Assembly: GCA_964016885.1 (NCBI GenBank)
Contig: CAXHJY010000456.1
Coordinates: 1-64,000 of the forward strand
Direction: 5' to 3'
DNA: 64,000 nt
DNA from: Eledone cirrhosa
Taxonomy: Eukaryota
Shown here: positions 60,980 through 64,000 of the stretch, one piece after another
Numbering within the stretch: position 1 is the first letter of the stretch
Layout: each line of letters opens with the position of its first letter
Notes under the pieces: generated by a model
Database searches by the model: none
What the model was told of the DNA's origin: nothing
The model's input: only the letters and a program-made list of their open reading frames with translations
Translations under genes and position numbers: made by a program

Positions 60980-63795
60980 ATCATCATCATCATCATCATC
61001 ATCGTTTAACGTCCATATTCCACGCTTGCATGGGTTTGGACGGGAGTTTTCCCACTTGAGGCAAGAGTTGTTGTCTTGCTCGCATAGGACTGTCTGCGGG
61101 TTTTCTACGGCTGGATGCCCTTCCTAACACCAACCACATTTACAGTGTGGAACTGGGAGGTTTTTACCGTGTTACCTACACGGCCACATTACAGCGTGGA
61201 CTGTGTGTTTTTTTTTTGTCGTGACACCTACACAACCTCATTTGTTTCGGCCTGGATGTTGTGGTACCAACATAACTTTACATTGAAAGGGGTGGGGGTA
61301 GTGGGACGGGGGGTGTATTTTGTTAGAGGTGCCTACTGACTGTAGTAGGTTTTACTTTGTATTTAGGTAAGGCGGTTCTTCTCTATTACTGTGTAGCGCC
61401 AAAGATCTCGGTCCAGTGACATTGTCTTGGAGAGGTGTAAGTGTGTGAGGTCGGAATTTATCAAGTCGTCCCAGGTTTTTCTGGGTCTGCCTACTCCATG
61501 GCTACCGTCTATTTTTATTGCCCTGCACTTTTTTATACAGCTGTCGTCTTTCATGCGCATCACGTGACCATACCAACGTAGCCTTCTCTCGAGTAAACAA
61601 CATCTGATCCCTCTTATTTCTAATTTTTCCCTTAGTTCGTTTATGCTTTGCCGTTCACGTATATTACTATTACACATCCAGCGGAGCGGAGCATGCAAGC
61701 TTCGTTCCTCTCTAGTCTGCGTATATCCTCTGCACACAATGCCCAGGTCTCACTGCCATGCAACATTGCTGTTCGTATGCAGGCATCAAACAGCCTGCCT
61801 TTCATTTTTAGGGAGAACCCTTTAGCGGCTAATAGTGGTATAAGCTCTCTGAACTTTTTCCATCCAGTTCTAACTCTAGCTACTGTACTTTCAGAGCACC
61901 CTCCACCACTGCTGATTTTGTCACCCAGGTAACGGAAGCTGTCCACTATTTCTATAGAACCATCTGTGCAATTGAAAGAGCTAGTATTCTGTGAACACTT
62001 GCTGCTACTTATTGCACCAGAGCACCGGCCACATATAAAATCTATGTTCTTAGTTAGCTTACCTGTGATCCCACTACATCTTTTATGCACCCATACTTTG
62101 CATTTGGGACATAAAATGGAGTTTCTACCTACTCCTTTCCTACACACTGAGCATGGCCATTTCCCGGATGGGACCGGTGCCCTATTTTCCTTCCTACAAA
62201 CTAGAACTTTAGTCTTAGATAGGTTAATTTTAAGGCCTTTTGATTCTAGGCCATGCTTCCATGTTTGGAATTTCTTCTCTAGTTCGGCCATTGATTCAGC
62301 TATGAGCGTTAGATCATCTGCATATAGGAGTTCCCATGGGCAGCCGGTCTTGAACTCCACTGTTATAGCCTGAAGGGCAATAATAAATAGTAGGGGACTA
62401 AGAACGGAGCCCTGATGAACACCAACTTTTACTCTAAACTCTTCACTGTATTCATTGTTAATTCTAACCTTGCTGACTGTTTCTTTATACATGGCTTGTA
62501 TAGCTCTCACAAGCCATTCATCAACACCTAGTTTTCTGAGAGCCCACCAGATAATGGAACGAGGGACTCTGTCGAAGGCTTTCTCCAAGTCGACAAAAGC
62601 TAAGTATAGGGGTTTACTTTTATCTAGGTACTTCTCCTGTAGTTGTCGTACAATGAAAAGAGCGTCTGTGGTACTTTTGCCTGACACAAACCCGAACTGC
62701 ATTTCATCTAGATCAATTCTCTCTCTGATTAGTTGCGCTATTACTTTTTCTGTGACCTTCATGACCTCGTCGATTAATTTAATGCCTCTATAGTTACTCC
62801 TATCTAGGGCATCTCCTTTACCCTTGTAGCAGTTCATGATGATGCTGCTACGCCAGTCCTTCGGAACAACCCCATTCTGTATGACTTGGTTTACTATCCG
62901 GGTGACCATGGTGTGTCCCACCGTTCCAGAAGCTTTCAGCATTTCAGCAACTATTTCCGAAGGCCCAGCCGCCTTACCCGTCTTCATATCTTTGATTGCC
63001 TTACTTATTATACTACCTTCGACTAACACTGCTGTCCCTCTATTGGGTCGATGTGGGGGAGACTGTCTTTCTCCCATTTATTCTCCTCATTTAGTAGCCT
63101 TTCGTAGTGACACTTCCAAGCTACCTTCTTATCAGCGTCAGTGATGGCAAGTACACCATCATCATTAAGTACACACTTCTCCCCGACAATATCACGGTTT
63201 TCCTTGACACATTGCCTAGCAATCCTGAACACCTCACGTTTTTGGTCCTCGCGTTGTAGAACATGCTTGAACTTTCCTTCCTCTGCTTCCCTTCTTGCGA
63301 AGTACACTTGTCTCCTAGCTTCCCTCCTGGCCACTTGATAGTCTTCTCTACTTCCCCCATCCCGCCATACTTTCCAAGCCTGCTTTTTGGCCTTAATTTA
63401 CTCCTCCACCTTACTGTTCCACCACCATGTTACTCTCCTCCTGCCTATAGGCCTGCTCCAGCCACAGACTTCATCTGCCGCCATCAGCAGGTTTGCTTTC
63501 AGGAATTCCCACTGTTCCTCTATATTGTACGACTCTAAATGCTCTTCCTTACTGTCAAAAGCATCAAGCAATATGCTTTTAAATTTATTTCTGGCTGTGG
63601 GGTCCTTTAGCTTCCATATTTTTCTCCTGAGGATAGTCCTTTTCTGCTGTCGAGTACGTCTCGTCCTGACTATGAGGTCGCTAATTATCAGTCTATGTTG
63701 GGAGGTGCATTCTTCATGGGGGAGGGATTTAGTGTTTACAACAGACACTCTGTCACGTCTTCTGGAAAGGATATAATCTACCTGGCTGGTATGTG
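60980..63795 (-). mobile_element. Longer 5'-truncated RTE LINE (end of APE, linker, RT, 3' UTR), frameshifted
   Basis: ORFs 63398-63748 (SQHRL), 63023-63334, 61641-63077 (YRGI, FVDLEKAFD, YADDL) and 61363-61737; GCGGA duplication at 61681; sister subfamily of 25709-27265. Confidence 0.95.
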
Positions 63796-63824
63796 TACAT
63801 ATATATATATATATACATATATAT

Positions 63825-63985
63825 GTGTCCTGGGTATGACATTAAACTAATCCAGTGGCAAGGCTCCAGTTCGGGAGTTCAGGAGCTGTGGGGAATGTGG
63901 AGTTACCTCTTAGTTGTCATAACTCCCAGGTCTGCTCTGGCTCGGAGTAGTAGTACCTGTTAGGACTCCATTTATGTGTTAAATA
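63825..63985 (+). repeat. Probable SINE-like interspersed repeat fragment
   Basis: GC-richer block starting GTGTCCTGGGTATGACATTAAACT beside a TA run; single copy here, family resemblance from memory only. Confidence 0.4.
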
Positions 63986-64000
63986 ACTACCTTATTTGAG

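Overview
This is AT-rich animal genomic DNA, almost entirely non-coding. The repeat repertoire (RTE LINEs with (GAT)n tails, tRNA-derived SINEs, Penelope-like elements, maT, piggyBac, Helitron, very long TA tracts) resembles a coleoid cephalopod such as an octopus; that assignment is inference. No intact host CDS is visible, and the many long Ile/Tyr ORFs are artefacts of stop-free (TA)n. The dominant structure is a ~31 kb block (5775-37050) of 15 degenerate (TA)n tracts (~19.5 kb) separated only by 14 retroelement pieces from at least five lineages. Five of these are co-oriented copies of a ~610 bp non-autonomous RTE-derived element. The TA variants keep one strand polarity across the block whatever the insert orientation, which argues for a pre-existing array acting as an insertion sink. 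Four unrelated families of hammerhead-ribozyme-like motifs are present: a canonical head-to-head pair, a U3-A8 compensatory variant at the end of a Naiad-like Penelope element, a CAGAAGA variant, and a half-motif foldback. A YY1/ZNF143-type promoter with a splice donor (~47.5 kb) and an ATG|GT exon end (44002) suggest the block lies in an intron of a minus-strand host gene. All coordinates and alignments were read by eye.
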